Positions 46,285 to 54,594 of a stretch of DNA of 64,000 nt are shown piece by piece; position 1 is the first letter of the stretch; each line of letters opens with the position of its first letter. The stretch spans positions 45,270 to 109,269 of the forward strand of contig JAFXUI010000002.1 of assembly GCA_017535105.1 (NCBI GenBank), written 5' to 3'. The position numbers were made by a program, and so were the translations under genes. Below the pieces are notes generated by a model. It was not told the origin of the DNA and did no database searches. It worked only from the letters and a program-made list of their open reading frames with translations. The stretch is from Alphaproteobacteria bacterium (GTDB taxonomy: Bacteria > Pseudomonadota > Alphaproteobacteria > Rs-D84).

Positions 46285-47237
46285 TTGTCGTTATCTGATG
46301 TATTAGATGTCGCGTTTGTAAAAAATCCCGGTATTGTAAAATCTTCATCATTTGCCGCAACGCCAGCCCAACCAAACAAATCGCCCATTAAACCGGAATC
46401 ATCATGACGTGCTTTTTTAAATGGCAAAATGTTTTTCAGTTTTCCAATCTTGCCACGTCCCGCTGGTTTTGATGGCGTTTCGATTTTGTCTTGGGAAGCG
46501 ACAAACTCGGTTGCCAATTTTTCCAGTGTTATATCGGTGTCGTCTTCGTCTGACTTTTGTTCGGCGACTGGTTCATTTGGTTGTTCGTCTGCAATTTCTT
46601 CTTCGACAACTGGTTCGGTTTTTTTGTCGGCATCTTCGCCCAGTGGGGTCATTGATTCCAACAACTGTTCCAACGTTTTTTCAGATTCTATTTCCGGTAC
46701 ATCATCGGTGATTATATCGGTAATTGTGACTTGTTCTGTGATTTCGGGTTCTGGTTCTGGGGTTTCTGGAACTTCATCAATTGGTTCGGTTGTTTCAATT
46801 TCGATATTATCAATAAATGTTTCCGATTGTTCGGTTTCGTCTGGTTCTTTGTCCGCCGAATTTGTACCCAACACAGACAGAATTGGAACAACCGATGGTT
46901 TGTCATCGGTTATGACCTCTTCCTGTTTTGGTTCGTTATGTACAATGTGTTCGGAAATTGGTACAACCTTGGCCTTTTGGGGTTTGGGTTCCGGTTTTTC
47001 TTCCACCACTTGTTCGGGTGTATCATCAACAATTGGTTCAATAATTGGTTCAGGTTTCGCAACGGGTTGGGGCGCATCTTGGGACGCGATAAGCGCGTCA
47101 TCATTATCAACCGGAACACCAAATAAAACCGTGTCATTACCCAACGAAAGTGCGGCGCGGACCTCTTCAAAAGCAGCACGAATATCCGCCATATCAAACA
47201 ATTCATTTCCAGAAATATAAATAATTTTCGTTTTCAT
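46281..47237 (-). CDS. highly acidic low-complexity protein (P/E/D/T/V repeats) with non-repetitive N- and C-termini
   Basis: ATG at 47237 (the two extra N-terminal residues in the ORF track begin with TTG); central EPEP/TEQV repeats; conserved-looking ends KIIYISGNELFDMADIRAAFEE and GLMGDLFGWAGVAANDEDF. Confidence 0.45.
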   Translation of the reverse strand: MKTKIIYISGNELFDMADIRAAFEEVRAALSLGNDTVLFGVPVDNDDALIASQDAPQPVAKPEPIIEPIVDDTPEQVVEEKPEPKPQKAKVVPISEHIVHNEPKQEEVITDDKPSVVPILSVLGTNSADKEPDETEQSETFIDNIEIETTEPIDEVPETPEPEPEITEQVTITDIITDDVPEIESEKTLEQLLESMTPLGEDADKKTEPVVEEEIADEQPNEPVAEQKSDEDDTDITLEKLATEFVASQDKIETPSKPAGRGKIGKLKNILPFKKARHDDSGLMGDLFGWAGVAANDEDFTIPGFFTNATSNTSDNDK

Positions 47238-47320
47238 ACCCAAAATCCCTATAACCTTATGCGCGCATTATATCACATTTTGGGGTTGAACGCATACAAA
47301 AAATATCTTATTATGGGATT

Positions 47321-47530
47321 ATGTCAGATATCAAACAGCAGATTTTTAACGAACTGACCGCATTGGAAGAAGCGGCTTCTCGCCTGCGTGGTGCGGCGGT
47401 TGTGGCGGGTCGCCAGACGGATTTAGAGGTCGCAATCTTGACAGAACAGGTTAAAACACTGCGCGATAAAAATAAACGTGCGGGCGAAATGATTGATAAG
47501 TCGCTGACAATACTAAAGAAGTTACAATGA
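47321..47530 (+). CDS. small coiled-coil protein of the DUF4164/ZauP type (ZapA partner), 69 aa
   Basis: Coiled-coil, overlaps zapA start by 4 nt, arrangement typical of alphaproteobacteria. Confidence 0.5.
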   Translation: MSDIKQQIFNELTALEEAASRLRGAAVVAGRQTDLEVAILTEQVKTLRDKNKRAGEMIDKSLTILKKLQ

Positions 47531-47802
47531 GTGTAGTATCGATACCGATTGTAAATAAAAATTACACAATGGGGTGCGAAGATGGCCAAGAATCGCGCCT
47601 GATTGAATTGGGAAAAATGGTTGATGCGCGTGCGCGTGAGATTTTGGACAAAATCGGCCCATTACCCGAAAGTTTATTGCTTGCGACATTGTGTATTGTT
47701 ATGGCTGATGAATTACATAATCGACCCACGCCATCGGTTACAGATGCTGATTTGCGGGAAATATTGGCGCGAATTCGTGAAATAAAGCATAAGATTGGTT
47801 AA
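47527..47802 (+). CDS. zapA: cell division protein ZapA (short form)
   Basis: VSIPIVNKNYTMGCEDGQESRL...ESLLLATLCIVMADEL matches the ZapA N-terminal fold pattern; 91 aa. Confidence 0.6.
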   Translation: MSVVSIPIVNKNYTMGCEDGQESRLIELGKMVDARAREILDKIGPLPESLLLATLCIVMADELHNRPTPSVTDADLREILARIREIKHKIG

Positions 47803-47804
47803 AG

Positions 47805-50042
47805 ATGTCAAAAAGTTCTGATTTTGTCGAAAGAATAGATTCACAACAGTTGTCCGATGCAATATCCCAGCGTTATTTGTCATACGCGGTGTCAACAATT
47901 GTGTCGCGTGCGTTGCCCGATGTGCGTGATGGGTTAAAGCCGGTACATCGCCGTATTCTGTTTTCTATGTTGCGTCAAAAACTGTCGCCAGCGGCTGCTT
48001 TTCGTAAGTGTGCAACGGTTGTTGGTGATGTGTTGGGTCATTATCACCCGCACGGTGATTCATCGGTTTATGATGCGATGGTCCGTTTGGCCCAGGACTT
48101 TTCTGTGCGTTATCCATTGATTGATGGCCAGGGGAACTTTGGTAATATTGACGGCGACCCCCAGGCCGCGTACCGTTACACTGAATCAAAAATGACTGAT
48201 GCGGCAATGCTTATTATGGAGGGCATTGACGAAGACAGTGTTGATATGATGCCGAACTTTGACGGTACAACGGTTGAACCGACGGTTATGCCGGGTGCGT
48301 TTCCAAACCTGCTCGCAAATGGTGGTATGGGAATTGCGGTTGGTATGGCAACAAATATCCCAACACATAATGTAGCCGAGGTTTGTGATGCGCTGAATCT
48401 TGTGGTGGATAAGCCGGACGCAACAACATCACAAATTATGAAAAAATTGGTTGGGCCCGATTTTCCAACCGGCGGTATTTTAATTGATGACTTTGATACT
48501 ATTTGTAAAAACTATGATACTGGACGTGGCGCATTTCGTATTCGTGCGCGTTGGGCGGTTGAAGAACTGGACCGTGGCGGTTATCAAATTGCGATTACTG
48601 AAATTCCATATGGTTTAATTAAATCAAAGTTGGTGGAACAAATTGCGGGCCTGGTTGACGCGAAAAAATTACCCCTGGTTGATGATATTGTTGATGAATC
48701 AACAACCGATGTGCGTATTGTGATTACACCAAAATCACGTAATGTTCCGGCGGACAAATTGATGGCGCATTTGTTCGCGATGACCGATTTGGAATACAAG
48801 TTTAATATGAACTTTAACGTTATCGATTCCAATGGTGCGCCACGTGTTATGGGAATTGGTGATGTATTGCGTGAATTTATCGCGCATCAAAAAAAGGTTT
48901 TATTACGCCGCACAAATTGGCGGTTGGGGAATATCACGCGCCGTTTGGAAATCTTGGGCGGGTTGTTGGTTGTGTATCTGAATCTGGACCGTGTGATTGA
49001 AATTATCCGTACCGAAGACGATGCGAAATCTGTTTTGATGGAAGAGTTCAAGTTAACCGAATTACAGGTTGAAGCAATTTTGAATACGCGTTTGCGTTCT
49101 TTGCGTAAATTGGAAGAAATGGAAATCAAACGCGAAGATGCTGAATTAAAGAAAGAACAAAAGCAATTGCAAGAGTTGCTGAAGTCCGAAGAAATCCAAA
49201 ACGAACAGTTAAAGGCATGGTTCGGCGATATTAAAAAGCGTTATGATAAAAAGACCGCATTGGGTCGCCGCCGCACAACTTGGGCGGCGCAAACCGAAGA
49301 AATTGTTGTGAACGCGGAAGAGTTTATTGAAAAAGAACCGCTTACCATTATCCTGTCGACAATGGGTTGGATACGTGCGGCCAAGGGACATCTGGACTTG
49401 AATAATCTGGATGTAAAGTTCAAGGAAGGCGATGAATTGCTGTCGGCGTTTCACGCGATGTCCACCGATAAAATCAACATATTTGGTGCATCAGGTAAAA
49501 TGTTCACTTTGGCAGCGAATGATTTGCCATCGGCACGTGGCTTTGGTGAATCGGTGCGTATGATGGTCGATATTGGTGCCGAAGAAAACATTGTGCGTGC
49601 ATTCGTGCTGGATACAAATGCAAAATACCTTTTGATTGCGCGTCATGGTATTGGGTTTATTGTTTCGGGCGAAAATTGCCTGGCCCAGACGAAAAACGGA
49701 AAACAGGTTATGAACGTTGACGATAAAAATCCGGCGGTGTTGTGCGTTGATGTTGTGGGTGATACGGTCGCGATGTCGGGTTCAAACGATAAACTGCTTA
49801 TATTCGCGGCAAATGAAATCCCAGAAATGACCCGAGGTAAGGGTGTTATATTACAAAAATACAATGCCGAACGGACATACACGATTGATGCGATGTTCTT
49901 TAATATGGCGGACGGCTTTGGTTGGACAACGGGTCGTGGCACAACAAAACTTGATGACATTGGACCGTGGTTGGGCAAACGTGCGTCCCAGGGTCGCACC
50001 GTTCCGGTTGGCTTCCCCCGCAGTGGAAAGTTTGGGAAATAG
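47805..50042 (+). CDS. parC: DNA topoisomerase IV subunit A
   Basis: Type IIA topoisomerase A subunit with active-site Tyr region (QAAYRYTE); 745 aa favours ParC over GyrA. Confidence 0.75.
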   Translation: MSKSSDFVERIDSQQLSDAISQRYLSYAVSTIVSRALPDVRDGLKPVHRRILFSMLRQKLSPAAAFRKCATVVGDVLGHYHPHGDSSVYDAMVRLAQDFSVRYPLIDGQGNFGNIDGDPQAAYRYTESKMTDAAMLIMEGIDEDSVDMMPNFDGTTVEPTVMPGAFPNLLANGGMGIAVGMATNIPTHNVAEVCDALNLVVDKPDATTSQIMKKLVGPDFPTGGILIDDFDTICKNYDTGRGAFRIRARWAVEELDRGGYQIAITEIPYGLIKSKLVEQIAGLVDAKKLPLVDDIVDESTTDVRIVITPKSRNVPADKLMAHLFAMTDLEYKFNMNFNVIDSNGAPRVMGIGDVLREFIAHQKKVLLRRTNWRLGNITRRLEILGGLLVVYLNLDRVIEIIRTEDDAKSVLMEEFKLTELQVEAILNTRLRSLRKLEEMEIKREDAELKKEQKQLQELLKSEEIQNEQLKAWFGDIKKRYDKKTALGRRRTTWAAQTEEIVVNAEEFIEKEPLTIILSTMGWIRAAKGHLDLNNLDVKFKEGDELLSAFHAMSTDKINIFGASGKMFTLAANDLPSARGFGESVRMMVDIGAEENIVRAFVLDTNAKYLLIARHGIGFIVSGENCLAQTKNGKQVMNVDDKNPAVLCVDVVGDTVAMSGSNDKLLIFAANEIPEMTRGKGVILQKYNAERTYTIDAMFFNMADGFGWTTGRGTTKLDDIGPWLGKRASQGRTVPVGFPRSGKFGK

Positions 50043-50062
50043 GAATAACAAGATAATAAAAA

Positions 50063-50097
50063 ATACCCCCACGATTGTGGGGGTAAATCTTTTTACA
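50063..50097. terminator. bidirectional terminator (acccccacgattgtgggggt)
   Basis: Hairpin with A6/T-rich flanks between convergent parC and rpmG. Confidence 0.6.
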
Positions 50098-50104
50098 ACC
50101 GTCA

Positions 50105-50284
50105 CTAGTGCGACATTTTACCTTCGGTAAATACAACGTGTTTGCGCACTTTTGGATCATATTTGCGCATTTTCATTTTGCCAGCGGTGTTTTCCGACTT
50201 GGTATTTTTTGTTGTTGTATAGAAATAGCCGGTTTCTTTGTTTTCCAGCTTGATAACTTCTTTGCTGCCTTTTTTAGATGCCAT
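50105..50284 (-). CDS. rpmG: 50S ribosomal protein L33 (59 aa; below the ORF-track size cutoff)
   Basis: Manual translation [59 protein letters not shown] matches the L33 family (GxFYTTTKN...KxDP). Confidence 0.8.
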   Translation of the reverse strand: MASKKGSKEVIKLENKETGYFYTTTKNTKSENTAGKMKMRKYDPKVRKHVVFTEGKMSH

Positions 50285-50352
50285 TTTTTTGCCCTTTGAT
50301 TTTATATTGCACTGAATATTAGGTTAAAAATTACCGAAAATCAAGTTTTTTT

Positions 50353-50437
50353 TGGTGCGGGTAAAGAGACTTGAACTCTTATGGGTTTCCCCACTGGAAC
50401 CTAAATCCAGCGCGTCTACCAGTTTCGCCATACCCGC
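50353..50437 (-). tRNA. tRNA-Leu (anticodon UAG), long variable arm
   Basis: Reverse complement GCGGGTATGGCGAAACTGGTAGACGCGCTGGATTTAGGTTCCAG...TTCAAGTC...TACCCGC ACCA. Confidence 0.85.
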
Positions 50438-50448
50438 ATAAAGAAAGA

Positions 50449-50574
50449 TTAATGCACTGGATATGCGCGTGGGTACGATGGGTCGGGGCGATCCAAACTG
50501 CTTTTAACGCCACAGCCAGACAATACGCATGCCAGTGATAAGACGACTAAAAATCCAAGAATTATTTTCTTCAT
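50449..50574 (-). CDS. 41-aa Pro-rich lipoprotein (MKKIILGFLVVLSLACVLSGC GVKSSLDRPDPSYPRAYPVH), o-spanin/entericidin-like
   Basis: Manual ORF with lipobox LSGC immediately downstream of the lysozyme gene; weak RBS. Confidence 0.4.
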   Translation of the reverse strand: MKKIILGFLVVLSLACVLSGCGVKSSLDRPDPSYPRAYPVH

Positions 50575-50606
50575 ACGCCAATTATAAACCGCAAACATCA
50601 AAAAAG

Positions 50607-51104
50607 TCAAATCAAGTGAAATAATTTCAATTCCATATCACGCCGACGCTTTAGCCCCGGCACCGTGCGGCCGCCCGATTTACACCATGCTCGCCATGCA
50701 GAGTCAATGTCGGGATAGCGCGCGCTGTGAAAGTTTGGATTGTTGATATATTTAACAACGGTTGATTTGGCAAAGTTTTCCACGCCGATGTTATATGCGA
50801 AAATTACCAGTGCGTCAAATTGGTTTTGGGTCAATAAAATCGTGACGTTGTCGCAAACGGCGCGTTCCGCGGTCACAATATCACGGCGCAATAATTCGGT
50901 GGCGGCTTTTTCGGTAATACCGTCTCTGAAATCTTCACCAGGTTTTATTAGATGTCCATAACCGATTGTTGCGCCACGTGATAATGGTTCGCGTATGTTT
51001 ATCGGTTGGCCAGTTTTGTCATCGTAAACAACGTGTTTTCGGTTGCGGATAACACACCCCTCGTATTCCTTCAATAATTCAATTCCGTGATTGCTGATGT
51101 TCAT
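50607..51104 (-). CDS. GH24 (phage T4-type) lysozyme / endolysin
   Basis: LLKEYEGCV...YxDxxGxxTIGYGH catalytic Glu/Asp/Thr signature of glycoside hydrolase family 24. Confidence 0.8.
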   Translation of the reverse strand: MNISNHGIELLKEYEGCVIRNRKHVVYDDKTGQPINIREPLSRGATIGYGHLIKPGEDFRDGITEKAATELLRRDIVTAERAVCDNVTILLTQNQFDALVIFAYNIGVENFAKSTVVKYINNPNFHSARYPDIDSAWRAWCKSGGRTVPGLKRRRDMELKLFHLI

Positions 51105-51221
51105 TTATTTTCCCCCATTAAGAAAGCCCCGCAGGGGCGGGGCAATAAAAAAACGGCGAACGCCGCTGTGTAATTGCGTATATTATATCATAAATCGGAC
51201 AAAAAAGCAAACTGGTGAAAA

Positions 51222-51515
51222 CTATCTAACCTTGGCAAGATTGTGTGTGTCTAAAATTATTTGCTTTGTGTAAAAATCAAACACTTTGCCATTTGGTGTC
51301 ATAACCAATACGGAATCGCGTGGTGCGACAACGGAATCTTGCTTAACTGATTCAACTTTCTGTTGTGGCTTTTGCGTTTGTTTTGTTGCGCTGGTCGGTA
51401 CATAAACACCAACCGCAGTAATAATAGCAACACCACCCATAAAATTGATTATTTGTGTAAGGCAACCATTATTGTCACCAAAAGGTTGTTGACCAATCGG
51501 TAGGCCATCAGACAT
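51222..51515 (-). CDS. 98-aa single-TM membrane protein (N-in), upstream of the lysozyme; holin/i-spanin-like position
   Basis: ATG at 51515 with an AAGGA RBS; one TM helix QIINFMGGVAIITAVGVYV followed by a hydrophilic C-terminal region. Confidence 0.5.
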   Translation of the reverse strand: MSDGLPIGQQPFGDNNGCLTQIINFMGGVAIITAVGVYVPTSATKQTQKPQQKVESVKQDSVVAPRDSVLVMTPNGKVFDFYTKQIILDTHNLAKVR

Positions 51516-51594
51516 TATTTTTTTCCTTTTATTCGAGAAACATAAATCTATCATATCCACACAAAAAGTCAAATAAAAGACAAAGGGGGTTTGT

Positions 51595-51612
51595 TTATTT
51601 TGGCAGCCCCAC
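51595..51612. repeat. 18-nt direct repeat TTATTTTGGCAGCCCCAC, a copy of the tRNA-Glu 3' end plus trailer; second copy at 51786-51803
   Basis: Exact 18-nt match; the second copy overlaps the 3' acceptor end of tRNA-Glu. Confidence 0.65.
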
Positions 51613-51764
51613 CGCCCCTTGACAAACAATAATCAAACCTAGACGCAAAAACTCTATTAAACATATCCGTTTTTGCAGGTTCGCTAATTGTTCGTCTGCG
51701 TATTGGTCATGCGCACCTGCGGTGCTCTGACCGATCCGAGTGGGGCTTTTTAGCAAAATAAAAA

Positions 51765-51790
51765 AATCACCAAATGGTGATTTTGTTATT
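51765..51790. terminator. terminator hairpin (atcaccaaatggtgat) with flanking A7/T-runs, 3' of the minus-strand tRNA-Glu/Asp cluster
   Basis: Perfect 7-bp stem with T-rich tails on both strands. Confidence 0.55.
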
Positions 51791-51803
51791 TTGGCAGCCC
51801 CAC
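51786..51803. repeat. second copy of the 18-nt tRNA-Glu 3'-end repeat (att-core-like)
   Basis: See 51595-51612. Confidence 0.65.
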
Positions 51804-51866
51804 TCGGATTCGAACCGGGATTCTCGCCTTGAAAGGGCGGTGTCCTAACCATTAGACGATGGGGCC
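51792..51866 (-). tRNA. tRNA-Glu (anticodon UUC)
   Basis: Reverse complement GGCCCCATCGTCTAATGGTTAGGACACCGCC CTTTCAA GGCGA...TTCGAATCC...GGGGCTG CCA; 75 nt. Confidence 0.85.
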
Positions 51867-51910
51867 GAAACTTTATAAAACCGCCCTGGGAAGATGGCGG
51901 CAAATAAAAC

Positions 51911-51988
51911 TGGCGGGATGTAAGGGGCTCGAACCCTCGACCTTCTGCGTGACAGGCAGACGCTCTAAACCAGCTGAGCTAACACCCC
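51911..51988 (-). tRNA. tRNA-Asp (anticodon GUC)
   Basis: Reverse complement GGGGTGTTAGCTCAGCTGGTTTAGAGCGTCTGC CTGTCAC GCAGA...TTCGAGC...ACATCCC G CCA. Confidence 0.8.
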
Positions 51989-52115
51989 GAAAGCCCACAT
52001 ATATTATACCGACATTATCCTGATTGCAAGTATTTTTTTCATTTTATGGTGAATTTGTTGACAATTATACGGTTTGGTGTAATATTTGTCGAAAAATAAC
52101 GTGAAAGAGCATTTT

Positions 52116-52607
52116 ATGGCAAGATGGTTTGATAATTTGCGCTGTAATAAACGTCGCCTGGGGTATGCGGCGATGCGACGCATGTTGCCGGCAAAATCAA
52201 AGTATAATTTTGTGGAAACTTATACAGTGGTCGATCCAAAGAACTTGCTGATAAATTACGCGATGTTTTCGGCGTGTGATATGGTGCCTGTTGTGTGTGA
52301 GGGGTACCAATCGGTCGGTTCGTATACTGCGGCATTGCGTTTGCCACGTGATGTTGTTTGGGGGTTCCTGAACGATTTGACTAAATTGCCAGCAGAAATC
52401 ACTGACGAGCCAGAAAATCGCACGATATCTATTATTCATTTGACCAAAGACCAACGCATTGTGGTTATGCCAGACTTTAATACGATTAAGGGTGCGGTTA
52501 TTTGGGCGATTGATAATGAAAAGAACGGCGGCCCCAGTTGGGTGTGTGACATTACGCCCGAAAAAAATCGCGCGATTGTTGAACAGGTGAAAATACATAC
52601 CAGATAA
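52116..52607 (+). CDS. hypothetical 163-aa protein
   Basis: ATG at 52116 with a GAAAGAG RBS-like sequence; followed by a terminator at 52614-52636. Confidence 0.45.
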   Translation: MARWFDNLRCNKRRLGYAAMRRMLPAKSKYNFVETYTVVDPKNLLINYAMFSACDMVPVVCEGYQSVGSYTAALRLPRDVVWGFLNDLTKLPAEITDEPENRTISIIHLTKDQRIVVMPDFNTIKGAVIWAIDNEKNGGPSWVCDITPEKNRAIVEQVKIHTR

Positions 52608-52613
52608 AAAAAG

Positions 52614-52636
52614 ACCCGCATTTGCGGGTTCTTTTA
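52614..52636. terminator. bidirectional terminator (acccgcatttgcgggt)
   Basis: Hairpin with A7 before and TCTTTTATT after, between convergent genes. Confidence 0.6.
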
Positions 52637-53638
52637 TTACTTAATAAGTTTTCCTATCGCAACGGCGGTGTCGCACATGCGGTTAGAAAAGCCCCATTCG
52701 TTATCGTACCACGCGGTCACGTGGACCAATTTGTCGCCCAAGACTTTTGTTTGACCAGCATCAAAGATGGAACTGTGCGCGTCGTCGGTAAAGTCAACGG
52801 AAACCAATGGCTTGTCATTATAGCCAAATGTTTTAGATGCCGCTGATTTCATCGCTTTGTTAATCGATTCAACCGTTGCCGATTTCGCCAAATTCGCAAC
52901 CAATTCAACAACAGAAACGTCTGGGGTTGGGACGCGAATTGCCATGCCGTCCATTTTACCCGCCAAATTCGGTAAAACCAGTCCAATCGCCTTGGCTGCG
53001 CCAGTTGATGTCGGAATCATTGACATGGCCGCCGCGCGTGCACGACGGAAATCTTTGTGGTTTTTATCCAATAACTGTTGATCGCCAGTATACGCGTGAA
53101 CGGTTGTCATCCATGCGGACACAATGCCGAACTTTTCGTCCAATACCTTTGCCACCGGAGCCAAGCAATTTGTTGTGCATGATGCGTTGGAAACAATTAA
53201 ATCTTTTTTGGTCAATGTGTCTTCGTTTACACCAAATACGATTGTTTTATCTGCGCCGGCGGACGGTGCCGAAACCAACACGCGCTTTGCCCCGCAATCA
53301 AGGTGAACACGTGCCTTGTCCGCGGCGGTGAACAAACCGGTGCATTCCATAACGACATCGATTTTCAATTTTTTCCAAGGTAACTTTGACGGGTCGCGTT
53401 CAGAAATACATTTGATTTTCTGTTTGCCAACAATGATGTATTCGCCGTCCATTTTTACGTCCATTGGTAATTTGCCGTGGACAGAATCATATTCCAATAA
53501 ATATGCGTTTTCTTCGGCCGGGGCCAAATCATTTACCGCAACAAATTCAATATCGTCACGTTTTGACATCAATGCTGCGCGTAAAACCAAACGACCAATG
53601 CGGCCAAATCCGTTGATTGCAACTCTTAACTTTGCCAT
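52637..53638 (-). CDS. gap: glyceraldehyde-3-phosphate dehydrogenase
   Basis: NGFGRIGR NAD-binding motif, ASCTTNCLAP active-site Cys segment, 333 aa. Confidence 0.9.
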   Translation of the reverse strand: MAKLRVAINGFGRIGRLVLRAALMSKRDDIEFVAVNDLAPAEENAYLLEYDSVHGKLPMDVKMDGEYIIVGKQKIKCISERDPSKLPWKKLKIDVVMECTGLFTAADKARVHLDCGAKRVLVSAPSAGADKTIVFGVNEDTLTKKDLIVSNASCTTNCLAPVAKVLDEKFGIVSAWMTTVHAYTGDQQLLDKNHKDFRRARAAAMSMIPTSTGAAKAIGLVLPNLAGKMDGMAIRVPTPDVSVVELVANLAKSATVESINKAMKSAASKTFGYNDKPLVSVDFTDDAHSSIFDAGQTKVLGDKLVHVTAWYDNEWGFSNRMCDTAVAIGKLIK

Positions 53639-53739
53639 ATTTTCTCCCTTTCTTTGTTGTTTCGTACCTGTATGTTAGCACTTTATTTATGCACATTACA
53701 ATTGAATTTTGATATTTGCCATTTTATAATATTGTCAAT

Positions 53740-54594
53740 ATGAAATACAATGCGTATATTATCACAGGTCCAACTGCTTCGGGCAAATCTTCGTTTGCCC
53801 ATAATTTAGCACGCGAAATTGGCGGTGTGATTATAAATGCCGACAGTGTCCAGATTTATCGCGGAATTGAAAATATTTCGGCATCGCCATTTGCATCGCG
53901 TGAAATTACACCGGACATAGACGGCGTACCATATCGCCTGTTTTCCATATTGCCATTAACCGAACAAATCAGTGTGGTTGATTATCTGAAATTGGCGCGT
54001 GCGGAATATGATGCAGCGATTGCCGCGGGGCGTGTGCCAATTTTTGTTGGCGGAACGGGGTATTATATCAACGCGCTTATAAACGGTGTTTCACCAATGC
54101 CAGATATTGATGATGATGTGCGAAACAAAGCACGTAAAATGGTTGAAGATGATATCGATGCGGTGCGTAAAATGTTGCCGGCGGAATTCAGTGCAACCGA
54201 TCCGCAACGTGTGGCGCGTGCGCTGGAAGTATTTTTACAGACCGGAACCCACATCACAGAATTTCAAAAAACTGCGCGTGTGGGCAGTGTCGCACCGAAC
54301 GCACATCGCATTTTAATAAATCCCGACCCCGATATTTTGCGCGAACGTATTGCTGCGCGTATTCCAGAAATGATGTCGGGTGGTGCGTTAAATGAGGCGC
54401 GTGCGGTTATTGACGCGGGTTGGGACGAAAGTCGCGCGATTGGTGCGGCCCAGTTATGCCAATATCTGCGTGGTGAAATTACAATGGATGCGGCCATAGA
54501 AAATTGGATTACAAAAACAAATCAATACGCAAAACGTCAGCGCACTTGGTTCCGTACACAATTCCAACCCGATGAAATAATCACGAAAATTTAA
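53740..54594 (+). CDS. miaA: tRNA dimethylallyltransferase
   Basis: GPTASGKS P-loop at the N-terminus; the ORF-track start at 53716 is TTG, the ATG at 53740 gives the canonical N-terminus. Confidence 0.85.
   Translation: MKYNAYIITGPTASGKSSFAHNLAREIGGVIINADSVQIYRGIENISASPFASREITPDIDGVPYRLFSILPLTEQISVVDYLKLARAEYDAAIAAGRVPIFVGGTGYYINALINGVSPMPDIDDDVRNKARKMVEDDIDAVRKMLPAEFSATDPQRVARALEVFLQTGTHITEFQKTARVGSVAPNAHRILINPDPDILRERIAARIPEMMSGGALNEARAVIDAGWDESRAIGAAQLCQYLRGEITMDAAIENWITKTNQYAKRQRTWFRTQFQPDEIITKI

Noticed and set aside
46429-47220. 263-aa Ser/Gly-rich plus-strand ORF
   Set aside because: It is the mirror image of the acidic repeat protein gene, and repetitive DNA gives long open frames on both strands. 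The minus-strand product has non-repetitive N- and C-termini and an ATG with a plausible RBS.
51603-51760. Possible two-piece or standard tmRNA (ssrA) or a third tRNA gene in the segment that begins with a tRNA-like ...GGGGCUGCCA 3' end
   Set aside because: No T-arm (GGTTCGAATCC-like) adjacent to the acceptor-like end, no frame encoding an ANDxxxxLAA-type tag ending in a stop, and total length (about 150 nt) is too short. The terminal similarity is explained by an 18-nt duplication of the tRNA-Glu 3' end.
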